A stretch of 64,000 bases of DNA, from positions 2,816,001 to 2,880,000 of the forward strand of contig OZ254086.1 of the NCBI GenBank assembly GCA_965267575.1, written 5' to 3'. This DNA is from Calditrichales bacterium. GTDB taxonomy: Bacteria; Calditrichota; Calditrichia; Calditrichales; J004. The notes under the pieces are model-generated. The model worked only from the letters and a program-made list of their open reading frames with translations, did no database searches and had not been told where the DNA came from. Below, piece by piece: positions 8,590 to 18,130 of this stretch (position 1 is its first letter; every line of letters begins with the position of its first letter). The translations under genes and the position numbers were made by a program.

Positions 8590-9237
8590 TTAGAATGGGC
8601 GTGCCACCCTCCTGGGCATCCGGGCTAAACGGTAGCGCGTAACCCGGATATTCGCCGTGGGCAGAACATGCAAAAAGAGCGCGACCATAAGCGAAGTCAG
8701 CAATGCTGTAAAACTGCCACGCAAGCCACAGGAAATCATAAACGGGAGTGTCAGCGCAAATCCCCACACATGCACTGCTTCGGCGTCAGAAAGAGCGGCA
8801 TGCACTTCCTCCAGCTTACCGCGCCCTCCGGATAAAAAGACGTTGCCGCCCAGCTTCTTGAGCGGCGTCTTTTTGAGCAGCGCTGAAAAAAGGCCTAACC
8901 CCGAAAAAGGCGATGAAAGTATGTTGTATTCGGAATGGGAAACTGTCCGCAGGAAAGGGGGGACCTTCAGTTGTACGACTGTGTTCAGCAAGCCGGTAAA
9001 CGCGGCAACCAGCAGCGTGCCGGCGATAGCAAAGATCGGTGAGTCAAAGCCAAAAGCCATGGCAAAACAGGTGACGGACAAGCTTACGCCCAGCGTTCCC
9101 GCCGCAGATAACCACAACCGTTTAGCAAAAGTCCCCGCTGAACGTCCCAGTGCGCGACTGCGGTAAACGGTCATCCCTGCCAGGGCGCCGCCGGTGCTTC
9201 CCGCCAGCACATACAAAACATAGTTTAGACTGTCCAT
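8590..9237 (-). CDS. Integral membrane protein, weakly CrtO (carotenoid acyltransferase)-like
   Basis: Several TM segments; AEAVHVW...RVTRYRL resembles the AExxH...QRYNRxR pattern. Confidence 0.5.
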   Translation of the reverse strand: MDSLNYVLYVLAGSTGGALAGMTVYRSRALGRSAGTFAKRLWLSAAGTLGVSLSVTCFAMAFGFDSPIFAIAGTLLVAAFTGLLNTVVQLKVPPFLRTVSHSEYNILSSPFSGLGLFSALLKKTPLKKLGGNVFLSGGRGKLEEVHAALSDAEAVHVWGFALTLPFMISCGLRGSFTALLTSLMVALFLHVLPTANIRVTRYRLARMPRRVARPF

Positions 9238-9308
9238 CGCGTATTTAGGTGGAAAATTCCTGTATAATAAATTTAGCTAAAGGGCCGTAAAATACAACGC
9301 AAAAAAAA

Positions 9309-9405
9309 TAGAGACGCAGCACGCTACGTCTCTATGTGGATGTTGGCAAGCGGGTGGCAATAACTGTAATGGCGCGATTTAGACATAGCGTCTCTATGTC
9401 TCTAC
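9309..9405. repeat. REP-like palindromes, TAGAGACG...CGTCTCTA family
   Basis: TAGAGACGCAGCACGCTACGTCTCTA at 9309-9334, with a degenerate copy ending GTCTCTAC at 9366-9405. Confidence 0.6.
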
Positions 9406-9422
9406 GAAATATGAAACGGATG

Positions 9423-10520
9423 TCAATAATTTATCTCAATCACAAACTCGATCATGGTTGCTTTGGATGAGCCGCGCTCCACGTAGTCATAATCCACCAA
9501 CACTTTTGAGTCGTCGTAAAAATAGTATGCCAGGCCGCCGATGTAGCGTACACTCGTTACATCGCTGGCTTTCTCTACGGTGAAATTATCATAACGCCCC
9601 ATTAAGCGGAATGGGCTTTGAAACAATCTTACCTCTGAAAAAAGGGAGTAGCCATGACGGTCGTAGGGCTCCGTTGCTTCTTCCAGGTCGTTACCCTGCA
9701 AATCGCCCGTGCCCATATAATATGTTGCGGTCGCGGTAAACTGGCGATGCTCCCAGGAAAGGAATCCGGCGTTAAAATTATACTCCGGTGATTGCGCGCT
9801 GTTACCTTTGCCAAACGCGCCGGCATAACTCAACTGGAAACCGGGTATAACATCGGGAAGCGGCCGCAGCGTTATGCGCCCCTCTACCAACTTATTTTCG
9901 TTATTCTCCAGTTTTTCATAGCCACCGCCGTTATATACGCCAAACGCCGCGCTGCCGTAGCGTCCCGGATATGCCCGCTTAACGTCACCTTTGGGAAGCG
10001 GTTCGCCGAAAAGAGTGATAACCGTAATGCCGTAATCCGCAGAGCGGAGAATGCCATAGCGCTCCAGAAACATGCTGCCCTGTACGCGGTACGGGTTTAT
10101 CTTTTGTTCAAAATCAATCCACGGGCGGTGGACGAGGCCAAATTCAACAAGCGGTCTATGTAGAAATCCCAGTTTCTCAATCATATAACGTATATAACCG
10201 TATTTAAGTCGAATCTCAATGTCTCCAACGCCGTCACCTTCTTGGTCTACAGTAATGTCCTGTGTTACGCGTGCCGTGAGATTATCGCTGAATTTTTTAG
10301 AGATCGTTACATAGCCGCGCTTCAGGATAAATTCGTTTGTGGTTACGCCGTCCACATCTTCATAATCATAGGCCAGAAACCACTGACCGGAAAACGAGAT
10401 GTCATCCAACGGCGAAGGATTCGAAGCCGGCGTTTGGGTTTGGGCCGACAGGGCTGCCATATAAAACAGGCAGGCCAGGCAAATATAAAAATTGCGCGAT
10501 TGTATTCGTTCCATGATCAT
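9423..10520 (-). CDS. Outer-membrane porin (OprO/OprP-like beta-barrel)
   Basis: Signal peptide; F..KRGYVTI..; RLKYGY; alternating beta-strands; terminal aromatic residue; GGAG RBS. Confidence 0.7.
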   Translation of the reverse strand: MIMERIQSRNFYICLACLFYMAALSAQTQTPASNPSPLDDISFSGQWFLAYDYEDVDGVTTNEFILKRGYVTISKKFSDNLTARVTQDITVDQEGDGVGDIEIRLKYGYIRYMIEKLGFLHRPLVEFGLVHRPWIDFEQKINPYRVQGSMFLERYGILRSADYGITVITLFGEPLPKGDVKRAYPGRYGSAAFGVYNGGGYEKLENNENKLVEGRITLRPLPDVIPGFQLSYAGAFGKGNSAQSPEYNFNAGFLSWEHRQFTATATYYMGTGDLQGNDLEEATEPYDRHGYSLFSEVRLFQSPFRLMGRYDNFTVEKASDVTSVRYIGGLAYYFYDDSKVLVDYDYVERGSSKATMIEFVIEINY

Positions 10521-10644
10521 ACACTCCGTTTTTAGCGGGTTTAATTTCTTGCAGATTGTTAAGATAAGTTTCAAAACATATGGGGGCTAATATAATTCTA
10601 ACAAAGCAAAGAAAATACCCCCGGCGGATTTTAGTTTGGCATAT

Positions 10645-10680
10645 AAAAAAAACGCCGCCTTCAAATTAAGAAGACGGCGT
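10645..10680 (-). terminator. Intrinsic terminator
   Basis: On the + strand an A run precedes ACGCCGCCTTC-loop-GAAGACGGCGT, giving a hairpin plus U tract on the minus strand. Confidence 0.7.
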
Positions 10681-10703
10681 ATAAGGTTTGATTCGGATAT
10701 GTT

Positions 10704-12125
10704 TTAAGCGGATGCTTTTTCGGGGTAAGCTTTTATGACATCATAACCGGCGCGTTGCCAGGCTTCGATGCCGCCTTCCAGGTTGGTGGCGTATTTAAAG
10801 CCATGCTGCATCAGCAGGCTGCCGCCAATGGCCGAGCGTGCTCCGCTGGCACAGTACAGAACGGTGGGCTTGCTTTTGTCCAGTTCATCCAGGCGCTGTG
10901 GCAGATGGCCCAGGTGTATGTGCCGCGCTCCCTCGATGTAACCCGCTTCAACTTCGCTGCGTCCGCGGATGTCCACAAGCTGTACCGCGCCGCTTTCCAG
11001 TTGCTCTTTCAGGGTGTGTACATTCACCGCTTTGGCTGTTTCCCAGATATGGCCTTCTTCATGCCAACCAGTGAAATCATCAAACCAGCCAACGATGTTG
11101 TCCAGACCTACGCGAACCAGTTTCGCGGTCACTTCGCGCAGGGCACCGGCCGGGGTCAATAAAATAATGGGCCGATCGTAATCAAGCAGCCAGCCGCTCC
11201 AGTTGGAAAAAGCCTTATTATTCTCAATGTTCAGCGTACCCGGGATGTGTCCTCTGGAAAAGGCCTGGCGGGTGCGCGTGTCAACAATCTGGTAGTTTTC
11301 GTCAAGAAGACCGGCCAGCTCATTCACGCTGATCTTCTCCGGCTGGGGCAGGGCGGGCAGCAGTTTACGCTCTATCTTGTTCAGTTTTTTCATCATCGCG
11401 AAATAGCGCGGCGGTTCAGGCTGGCCTTCCAGCAGGGCTTTTACAAAGCGTTCTTCGTCATCAATGCGCAGCGCCCAGTTGGACATTTTCTCGTAACCGA
11501 CGGTCGATCCGGGAACGGCGCCCAGTGCTTTGCCGCAGGCGGAACCGGCCCCATGCCCCGGCCACACCTGGATGTATTCCGGCAGCTCCTTAAAACGTTT
11601 CAGCGAATGGAACATCTGGCGCGCGCCGGGTTCGCGGGTACCCTGGATGCCGGCGGCTTCTTCCAGCAAATCGGGACGCCCCACATCGCCAACAAAAACG
11701 AAATCCCCGCTGAACAGCATAACCGGTGCCGGGCTGGCCGGCGTATCGGTCAGCAAAAAGCAGATATGTTCGGGGGTGTGTCCCGGCGTGTGCATCACCT
11801 GGAATTTAAGATTGCCGACCTTGAACAGATTGCCGTCCTTCAGGCCCGTGTGCGGGATGGCGTATTGCCAATCCGGTCCGCCCTCATCGGAAAGCAGCAG
11901 TTCGGCGCCTGTTTCGGCAGCCAGCTCCGGCGCACCGCTAAGGTAATCGGCATGGATATGCGTTTCCGCCACTTTGGTGATTTTCATGTTTTTGCTGCGG
12001 GCATATTCCAGGTAGACCTCAATATCACGGCGCGGATCTATCACGATCGCTTCACCGCTGGCCTGGCAGCCAATGAAGTAACTGGCCTGTGCCAAACCCG
12101 GTTCGTAGATGCGTTCAAAAAGCAT
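10704..12125 (-). CDS. MBL-fold persulfide dioxygenase fused to two rhodanese domains (CstB/Blh-like)
   Basis: ETHIHADY, HTPGHTPEH, GDVGRPDL, PGHGAGSACG; C-terminal rhodanese active site YCASGARS. Confidence 0.9.
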   Translation of the reverse strand: MLFERIYEPGLAQASYFIGCQASGEAIVIDPRRDIEVYLEYARSKNMKITKVAETHIHADYLSGAPELAAETGAELLLSDEGGPDWQYAIPHTGLKDGNLFKVGNLKFQVMHTPGHTPEHICFLLTDTPASPAPVMLFSGDFVFVGDVGRPDLLEEAAGIQGTREPGARQMFHSLKRFKELPEYIQVWPGHGAGSACGKALGAVPGSTVGYEKMSNWALRIDDEERFVKALLEGQPEPPRYFAMMKKLNKIERKLLPALPQPEKISVNELAGLLDENYQIVDTRTRQAFSRGHIPGTLNIENNKAFSNWSGWLLDYDRPIILLTPAGALREVTAKLVRVGLDNIVGWFDDFTGWHEEGHIWETAKAVNVHTLKEQLESGAVQLVDIRGRSEVEAGYIEGARHIHLGHLPQRLDELDKSKPTVLYCASGARSAIGGSLLMQHGFKYATNLEGGIEAWQRAGYDVIKAYPEKASA

Positions 12126-12138
12126 TTTTTATTCCCCT

Positions 12139-12927
12139 TTACAGTTTACTTATTTCTGTTATAAAAATATATCCGCTCATCAGCAGAATAAACCAGCCAA
12201 AGGATGTTTTGAGTTTATCACCATCAATATAATGGCTGAGAAAGGCGCCCGCCACTATGCCGGCTATGGTCAGGCCGCTAAAGCTTAGCAGCAACAGCCA
12301 GTTCATATCCATCACGGCAACATCTCCCAAAAAACCGATCAGCGATTTTACCGCGATGATCAGCAGGGAAGAGCCTACCGCCGTTTTCATCGGCAGGCCG
12401 GCCAGCAACACCAGCGCCGGCACAATCAGAAAGCCGCCACCCGCGCCGACCAGGCCGGTAAAAAAGCCCACGGCCAGGCCTTCAAGCACAATCAAAATGG
12501 GACGCATACGATGCTCTTCCTGTGCTTTGGGCTTTGCCTTGCGTATCATTGAAAATGAAGCCAGCAGCATCAGCAGGGCAAACAGCAGCATGATCGCCAG
12601 GTTTTTACTCAGTGCCCATTCGGCTCCCTGCCACAGGGTTTCCGGCAGCGCGGGCAAGACAACACGGCGCGTGAGATAAACCGCGATAAAAGCCGGTATG
12701 CTGAAAAAGAAAGCGGTCTGCCAGGCCACTTGCTTGCGTTTTATGTACTGGCCCATCCCGGCCAGTGCGGTGATGCCGACGATAAACAGGGAGTACGCCG
12801 TTGCCTGCAGCGGCTCAATTTCCAGCAGATAAACCAAAGCCGGGACGGTCAGTATCGAGCCTCCGGCGCCAACAAGACCCAGTACTATGCCAATAATAAC
12901 CGCTGCCGCAATCGCTTCAATATTCAA
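12139..12927 (-). CDS. Sulfite exporter TauE/SafE family
   Basis: Duplicated GLVGAGG(S/G) motifs and multiple TM helices. Confidence 0.9.
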   Translation of the reverse strand: MNIEAIAAAVIIGIVLGLVGAGGSILTVPALVYLLEIEPLQATAYSLFIVGITALAGMGQYIKRKQVAWQTAFFFSIPAFIAVYLTRRVVLPALPETLWQGAEWALSKNLAIMLLFALLMLLASFSMIRKAKPKAQEEHRMRPILIVLEGLAVGFFTGLVGAGGGFLIVPALVLLAGLPMKTAVGSSLLIIAVKSLIGFLGDVAVMDMNWLLLLSFSGLTIAGIVAGAFLSHYIDGDKLKTSFGWFILLMSGYIFITEISKL

Positions 12928-13110
12928 TGTGAGTTAGTCCGTGGTTGAGTTATTTTATTATCTGATGCCTTTGATGCAGCAAAATGCGTGGTGTTGCAAA
13001 GTGGGTCCGTTGGTCTTGAAGTCTTGGGGTCTCGAGATCGCTCTACGCGTCCGGAAGCATTATCGCTTAAAACTTAACCGGGTTGCGTAGTGAAGCAATA
13101 CAGTGCCCGT

Positions 13111-13482
13111 TTATTCCTGCGATATTGGTAAGGATCTTATTCGGATACGCTCATCTTCGAAAACTGCTATACAACCGGCTTCAATGTCTTTTCTGAGGTG
13201 GGGGAGGTTTAATTCTAATTGCTTTGTTTGTGCTTTCGGGGTTTTTTCAGTCTGTCGAAACAATACAAAGGATGGTTTGGAATTTCCTCTTAAAGCCAGC
13301 AATGTGGCAAAATCCGTGTCCGCGGAAACAATTGTCCTATCCTGGTCTAATGCTATTTGTAAAACTTCTGAGTCCAGAGCCTTTGCTTTGCCAATGTCAC
13401 GAACATGGACAGCGTCATATCCAAGTTCATTGAGCCTGTCAGACACTAAGGGTGACAAGGCATTGTCGATCAGGAACCTCAT
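13111..13482 (-). CDS. DUF5615 PIN-like toxin
   Basis: MRFLIDNALS..DAVHV..D..DRTIVSADTDF motifs. Confidence 0.88.
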   Translation of the reverse strand: MRFLIDNALSPLVSDRLNELGYDAVHVRDIGKAKALDSEVLQIALDQDRTIVSADTDFATLLALRGNSKPSFVLFRQTEKTPKAQTKQLELNLPHLRKDIEAGCIAVFEDERIRIRSLPISQE

Positions 13483-13709
13483 GCGCTTTTTACGATCGGC
13501 AATTGTCTTTCCTGAACTGATTTTGCCGCAAAAAGCAAAGCTTCCCGTATATCTTCTTTTTCCAAATCAGGAAATGCCTTGATGATCTCCTTTGTTGTCA
13601 TACCGTTCGCTACCATTCCGACAACGGTTGCAACAGGAATGCGTAAGTTGCGGATGCATGGTACGCCCCCCATTTGCTCCTGATTTACGGTAATGCGAGA
13701 AAAATCCAT
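13479..13709 (-). CDS. DUF433 antitoxin
   Basis: RIT..MGGVPCIRNLRIPV..FPDL..EDIREAL; ATGA overlap with the toxin. Confidence 0.9.
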   Translation of the reverse strand: MDFSRITVNQEQMGGVPCIRNLRIPVATVVGMVANGMTTKEIIKAFPDLEKEDIREALLFAAKSVQERQLPIVKSA

Positions 13710-13814
13710 GCAAGTTCTCCAAGTCTTTAATCAGAACATAGCAGCCAGAATATCACCAGTCAAGCGTGTTCCCCGGTTTGTGGATCAGGCTTGTCTTAAC
13801 GCGCTCTTACTTCT

Positions 13815-14372
13815 TTACAGCCCGCTGCTGAAGCCGCTGAACAGGGCACTGTTGATGGCGGGGAAGAGGCCCAGCACCTGCTTGATAACCGTAGCATGAC
13901 TGGTTTCTATGGGCAGGATGTCGGCAAAGAGGTTGCGGGCCGCAGCGGTCGTAAGCTGATCGCGAATGGCGCTGAAATAAAATTGCCCGGCACTGAACTC
14001 CACTTCCAGGGCAACGCGCAGGGCGGCGTTTTGCGAGGCCGGTGCCTGTGCCCGCGGATCGGGGCTTGCGGAAGAGAGATCCACGGCGTTGCGGCCGTTC
14101 TGTGTAAGCAGATTGTTTAATGCCTGCAGGTGACTGAAATGGTGCGCCCGGAAAAACTGCGCCGCGTCTGCTACAAATGGATCAGTGACTTTGCCGCTGG
14201 CGATGGCTGCATCGTACGTAAGCACGCCAAAGGCCTCAAACTCAGCACCGGATTGAATAATATCCAGATCGCCCTGCAGATCTTCCGCGGTACTTTGGGT
14301 TACCGTTTCGCAGGCCAGCAGTCCCCCGGCGGCAAGCGGCGGTAAGGATTTTATAAAATCGCGCCTTTTCAT
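13815..14372 (-). CDS. Tat-exported ferritin-like (Ferritin_2-type) lipoprotein
   Basis: Twin-arginine KRRDFIK plus lipobox LLAC; four-helix pattern with ligands E(AEFE), HFSH, E(LEVE) and ETSH. Confidence 0.8.
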   Translation of the reverse strand: MKRRDFIKSLPPLAAGGLLACETVTQSTAEDLQGDLDIIQSGAEFEAFGVLTYDAAIASGKVTDPFVADAAQFFRAHHFSHLQALNNLLTQNGRNAVDLSSASPDPRAQAPASQNAALRVALEVEFSAGQFYFSAIRDQLTTAAARNLFADILPIETSHATVIKQVLGLFPAINSALFSGFSSGL

Positions 14373-14380
14373 ATGTCCTC

Positions 14381-15589
14381 CTACATGCTTACCGAAAGAA
14401 TACTGCGGAATGTCCAGTCATCCACATCAAAGCTGGAATCGTCAAAAAACTGATCGCTGTAGGCGGCTTTAAGCAGCACATTACGCGCCAGTTTGTAGCC
14501 CGCCGCAACGCTCCAGCGGCTTACGTCATTGTCCCAGGGGTTGCCGTATTCGCGTGAAGCCTGCCATGGCCAGTCAAAACGTTCAAACACTAATTTTTCA
14601 AAGCGCCCCGCGATGTAGCTGCCCGGCAGAAAAGGCGGTTCAATTTTGAGATCCACGTAAGCGCCGTAATTCTCCAGCGTGTATTTGATCAGCTCGCCAT
14701 CGGTCTGCACCTGGAAACCGGCGGAGTTGGAAGCCGGCACTTCCCATCGACTGTAGATCGCCTCGGCGGATAGCTCAAAATAGGCATAGGCCAGGATGAT
14801 ATCGGTGCCGGCCAGAAGCTGGCGAAAGCGCTCCAGGCGATCATAGCGATTGTTGACCTGGGCCTCGCGCATGAAGCTGCCGTAGCTCAGGCTGATACCC
14901 TGTTGCCAGTAAATCAAAGGTTGGAAGCCAATGCGCAGCACACCGCCGGCGTTGTTCAGGTTGGTGTAGTTTTGCTGCGATGCCAGCGCGGCATTGGTGG
15001 CCGCCGCGGTCACGTCCAGAAGTTCCGGCACAATCACCCAGTTGAGCATGGCCCCTGTACTGTAGCCGCCAAAATATACAGTTGTCAATCCCACATCGGT
15101 GGCACCGTAAATACCGCTATCGCCGCTGCGTGGCCAGTAGCCGCGCGTATCGGAAACGTTGAGGAAATAGCCGTAAAGCAATGGCGCGTTGACGAAAGCA
15201 TTCTCACTTTGCAGCTGCCGCCGTGGATAGAGGCCAAAGGGATTAACAAAACGGCCCAGCGTGGCGGAAACGGGCAAGTCCTGTGGCTCCCATGAAACCA
15301 TCGCCAGCGTCACGCGCAGCGGATTAAGCTGCCCCGTACCCCAGATGTCCCATTGCAGGCGGCCGTTAAAAAACCAGTCCTGGCCGATTTCGGCGAACAT
15401 AAACAGGTTAAGCTGATGTATGGCCAAGTGCGGCTCGCGGAATTCGTTGTTGATGCCGTTGCTGGTAAACGCCGAATTTTCCCCTCCCGCCGCCATTTCC
15501 AGATCAACACTGCCGTTAAAGAAAATTTGTGATTGCAGCGGCAAGATTAGAAGCATTAAGACCACTGGAGTCCATAATTTTTTATTCAC
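14381..15589 (-). CDS. Putative outer-membrane beta-barrel protein
   Basis: Signal peptide; amphipathic strands; GRFVNPFG motif common in porin-like barrels; 8-nt overlap with the cyclase. Confidence 0.7.
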   Translation of the reverse strand: MNKKLWTPVVLMLLILPLQSQIFFNGSVDLEMAAGGENSAFTSNGINNEFREPHLAIHQLNLFMFAEIGQDWFFNGRLQWDIWGTGQLNPLRVTLAMVSWEPQDLPVSATLGRFVNPFGLYPRRQLQSENAFVNAPLLYGYFLNVSDTRGYWPRSGDSGIYGATDVGLTTVYFGGYSTGAMLNWVIVPELLDVTAAATNAALASQQNYTNLNNAGGVLRIGFQPLIYWQQGISLSYGSFMREAQVNNRYDRLERFRQLLAGTDIILAYAYFELSAEAIYSRWEVPASNSAGFQVQTDGELIKYTLENYGAYVDLKIEPPFLPGSYIAGRFEKLVFERFDWPWQASREYGNPWDNDVSRWSVAAGYKLARNVLLKAAYSDQFFDDSSFDVDDWTFRSILSVSM

Positions 15590-17264
15590 CTGAAACCTCC
15601 GCGATTTTTACAGGCTGCGAGATGCCCTTAAAGTTCATCAGCAGAATGTTGTTAACCTTCACGTTCACATCCAGGCTGTCCAGGATGCTTTTGGGGATAA
15701 GTATCTGTCCGGCCCGCGCACTGCTGCAGAGCCTTGCGCCCAGGTTGACCGTCGCGCCGATGGCCGTATAATCCATGCGCGCTTCCGCACCCATATTTCC
15801 GAGAATGACCGGACCGTGATTAATACCAATGCCCACATGGATTGGCGCCGGGTCGGTTTTGTGTTCTTCGATTACCCGTTTCTGAATTTCCAGGGCGCAA
15901 TTCAATGCCCGTTCTGTGGATTGCTCCCCGATAAACAAGGCAAACATTTCATCCCCGACAAACTTATCCACCGAGCCGCCAAAACGATCGACTATTTCCG
16001 CCTGGAAGCCCAGGTAGCGGTTGAGCATGTTAACCACCTCTTCCGGGCTGCGGCTTTCGCTGTATTGCGTAAAACCACGTACGTCGCTGAACAGAACGGT
16101 CAGCTCCTGGCGCATGCCACCCAGAGCCACTTCGCGGCCGGCGCTTTTCTTTACCATGTCCAGCGTGTGGGCGCCGACATATTTCATCAGGTGTAGCCGT
16201 TCACGCAGGCCGCCTATCATTTCGTTGAATGTTTGCGTCAGCAGGCCGATTTCATCTTTGGTTTTAGGCTCCACGTTTACATCGAGGTTACCGGCCTTTA
16301 CTTCGTTCATGCCCTGTACCAAACGCAGCACGGGCCGCGAAAAGTTTTTGCCCAGCAGGTAAGCCAGCAGGAAAGTGATCAGCAGAAAGATGGCCGCGGT
16401 GATAAGGATGTTTTGCTGGATGGCGTGCAAAATGCTGAGCTCCGTGGAAACGGGCACCGTAGCCAGGTAGTAGGCGCGTTCCCCGATACCCAGCGGGCTA
16501 AAGAAAGCAAAGTGCTCCACACCTTTAATATCGATGCGCAGGGTCGGACTGGGAATATGATAGGTGAGCACGGAATCGACCACGGCCTGGTAATCGCGGA
16601 CGGCCCGTTGAACGCCGGATGTGGCAATATTGGGAAAGCTGGCGCCGATTAAGCGGTCATTATAAAAAAAGCTGATATCTATGTTGGATTCGCCTTTCAG
16701 GTTGCGGGCTTCCACTGAGGTGAAGCGCGCGCCCAGGCTCAGGCTGCCAATGATCGAATCGAATGCATAGACGGGCAGGGTAACTACCTGGTAGAGGTTG
16801 GCGCCAATGCCCCACAGCTCCGGCCATTCGATGGTCGTGTCCGGTTCTACGCCATTGAGGGCGTTAAAGACCGTGGCGCGGTCGGAGATGTCATCCCCGA
16901 AACTTTCCGGATCGCGCAGCCGCGCCAACACGTTCCCTTCGCGGTCGGTCACGATGAACAGGTCCACTTTGGCAAACTGTCCGAATTCCAGCACGCTGAA
17001 ATAGACGGAGGGCGGATCCTGCAATTGCACGTTGGCTTTAAAAGTGCTGTTTTCACCAATCAGGTAGCACGACTCCACAAGGCGATCGTAAATAAGCCGT
17101 TGCTGTTCCGTGAAAATACGCTGCGTGTTCTGGAAGTCGGCAATGATTTTGGATTCGATGCGATCGGTAAGTGTGCGCGTTATGGTCAGAAGCAGGCCGG
17201 TCAGAATAATGGCGGTCAGTCCGGCCAGCGCGATGATCAGCTTGGTTTGTATGTTCAGGCGCAT
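15582..17264 (-). CDS. Membrane class III adenylate cyclase (Cache-type periplasmic sensor, HAMP, cyclase)
   Basis: 2 TM helices; HAMP (..DEIGLLTQTFNEM); LFSDVRGFT, DKFVGD and MDYTAIGATVNLGARL, with K and D specificity residues for ATP. Confidence 0.92.
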   Translation of the reverse strand: MRLNIQTKLIIALAGLTAIILTGLLLTITRTLTDRIESKIIADFQNTQRIFTEQQRLIYDRLVESCYLIGENSTFKANVQLQDPPSVYFSVLEFGQFAKVDLFIVTDREGNVLARLRDPESFGDDISDRATVFNALNGVEPDTTIEWPELWGIGANLYQVVTLPVYAFDSIIGSLSLGARFTSVEARNLKGESNIDISFFYNDRLIGASFPNIATSGVQRAVRDYQAVVDSVLTYHIPSPTLRIDIKGVEHFAFFSPLGIGERAYYLATVPVSTELSILHAIQQNILITAAIFLLITFLLAYLLGKNFSRPVLRLVQGMNEVKAGNLDVNVEPKTKDEIGLLTQTFNEMIGGLRERLHLMKYVGAHTLDMVKKSAGREVALGGMRQELTVLFSDVRGFTQYSESRSPEEVVNMLNRYLGFQAEIVDRFGGSVDKFVGDEMFALFIGEQSTERALNCALEIQKRVIEEHKTDPAPIHVGIGINHGPVILGNMGAEARMDYTAIGATVNLGARLCSSARAGQILIPKSILDSLDVNVKVNNILLMNFKGISQPVKIAEVSGE

Positions 17265-17268
17265 GGGC

Positions 17269-17958
17269 TCAGCGGGTTAGAGTGAAACTTTGTTCTTGCT
17301 TGTCGCCATCCTCAAGCGTGGTCTCGTTGCTTACGGTTGGCAGATCGGGGTGATAAACCTCAATGCGGTAACGCCCCGGCGGCAGGTCATCCAGCAGGTA
17401 AACGCCGTTGCGGTTTGCTCGTGTGAAGTAGGGCGTTTCCAGGCTAAGAATGGTGGCGTTCATCTGGCTGTGAATGTCGCAAAACAGCTTCACCTCGCCG
17501 GTCTTGTTGATGGTGCGGCTAACGACGGTATTGGTAGGCCGCCTGCCGATATTGAAATTGGCGCCCGGTGAGATGCTGAATACGTTATGATAAAAACGGT
17601 CCAGGTTGATAAATTCGACGCGCGTCCCGGGCGTAACCGGCAACACATGCGGAATAAAAGTAGCGTTTTTCTGCAGCACCCGCGCCTTTTCCAGCGGCTT
17701 TATCTCCGGCTTAAAAGAAAGCGGGTAAGCGGCAATGATGACATCCTCCAGAGGGTTGCGATCGTTCTGCTCGCTTTTAGGCGTTTTCTGTGCGGCGGCA
17801 AGACGGTTGCGGTAGATACGGCCGCGAAAGGTGCGTTGCTTTTTCTCCACGGCAGGAAGGAAAATGCGCCCGTAAACGGCGGCTTCCTGCGCCTCGGCAT
17901 AACTGATGTGGCTGAAAAAAAAGAACAGGGCAAGGAAAGCGCTGATAGTAGTTTTCAT
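17269..17958 (-). CDS. Secreted cupredoxin-domain protein with carboxypeptidase-regulatory-like domain
   Basis: Signal peptide; type-1 Cu ligands H(HNVFS)...C-D-I-H-S-Q-M; C-terminal LPPGRYRIEVYH; GGAG RBS before ATG 17958. Confidence 0.85.
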   Translation of the reverse strand: MKTTISAFLALFFFFSHISYAEAQEAAVYGRIFLPAVEKKQRTFRGRIYRNRLAAAQKTPKSEQNDRNPLEDVIIAAYPLSFKPEIKPLEKARVLQKNATFIPHVLPVTPGTRVEFINLDRFYHNVFSISPGANFNIGRRPTNTVVSRTINKTGEVKLFCDIHSQMNATILSLETPYFTRANRNGVYLLDDLPPGRYRIEVYHPDLPTVSNETTLEDGDKQEQSFTLTR

Positions 17959-18130
17959 GATTCTCCGTAACAAGCTGATAAACTGCAGATGCAAAAAGAA
18001 TTGCGCCTAAAATAAGAAATATACGTATGTGTGCAATAGCGCGGGACAAGGCTGATTTTTTTGCGCCTGGTAGAACTAATCGGCTATGTTACCGTAATCA
18101 CGGCCAAACAAAACTATTACGGAGACTCTG

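Noticed and set aside
10520..10600. Pho box upstream of the OprO/P-like porin
   Set aside because: Only one TTAACA-like unit, with no convincing 11-bp repeat.
11247..12164. 305-aa plus-strand ORF and similar long antisense ORFs throughout
   Set aside because: These are shadow frames opposite well-supported genes, expected from codon bias.
13001..13105. Riboswitch or structured leader upstream of tauE
   Set aside because: Only a short degenerate 8-bp repeat and weak pairing; no recognisable aptamer consensus.
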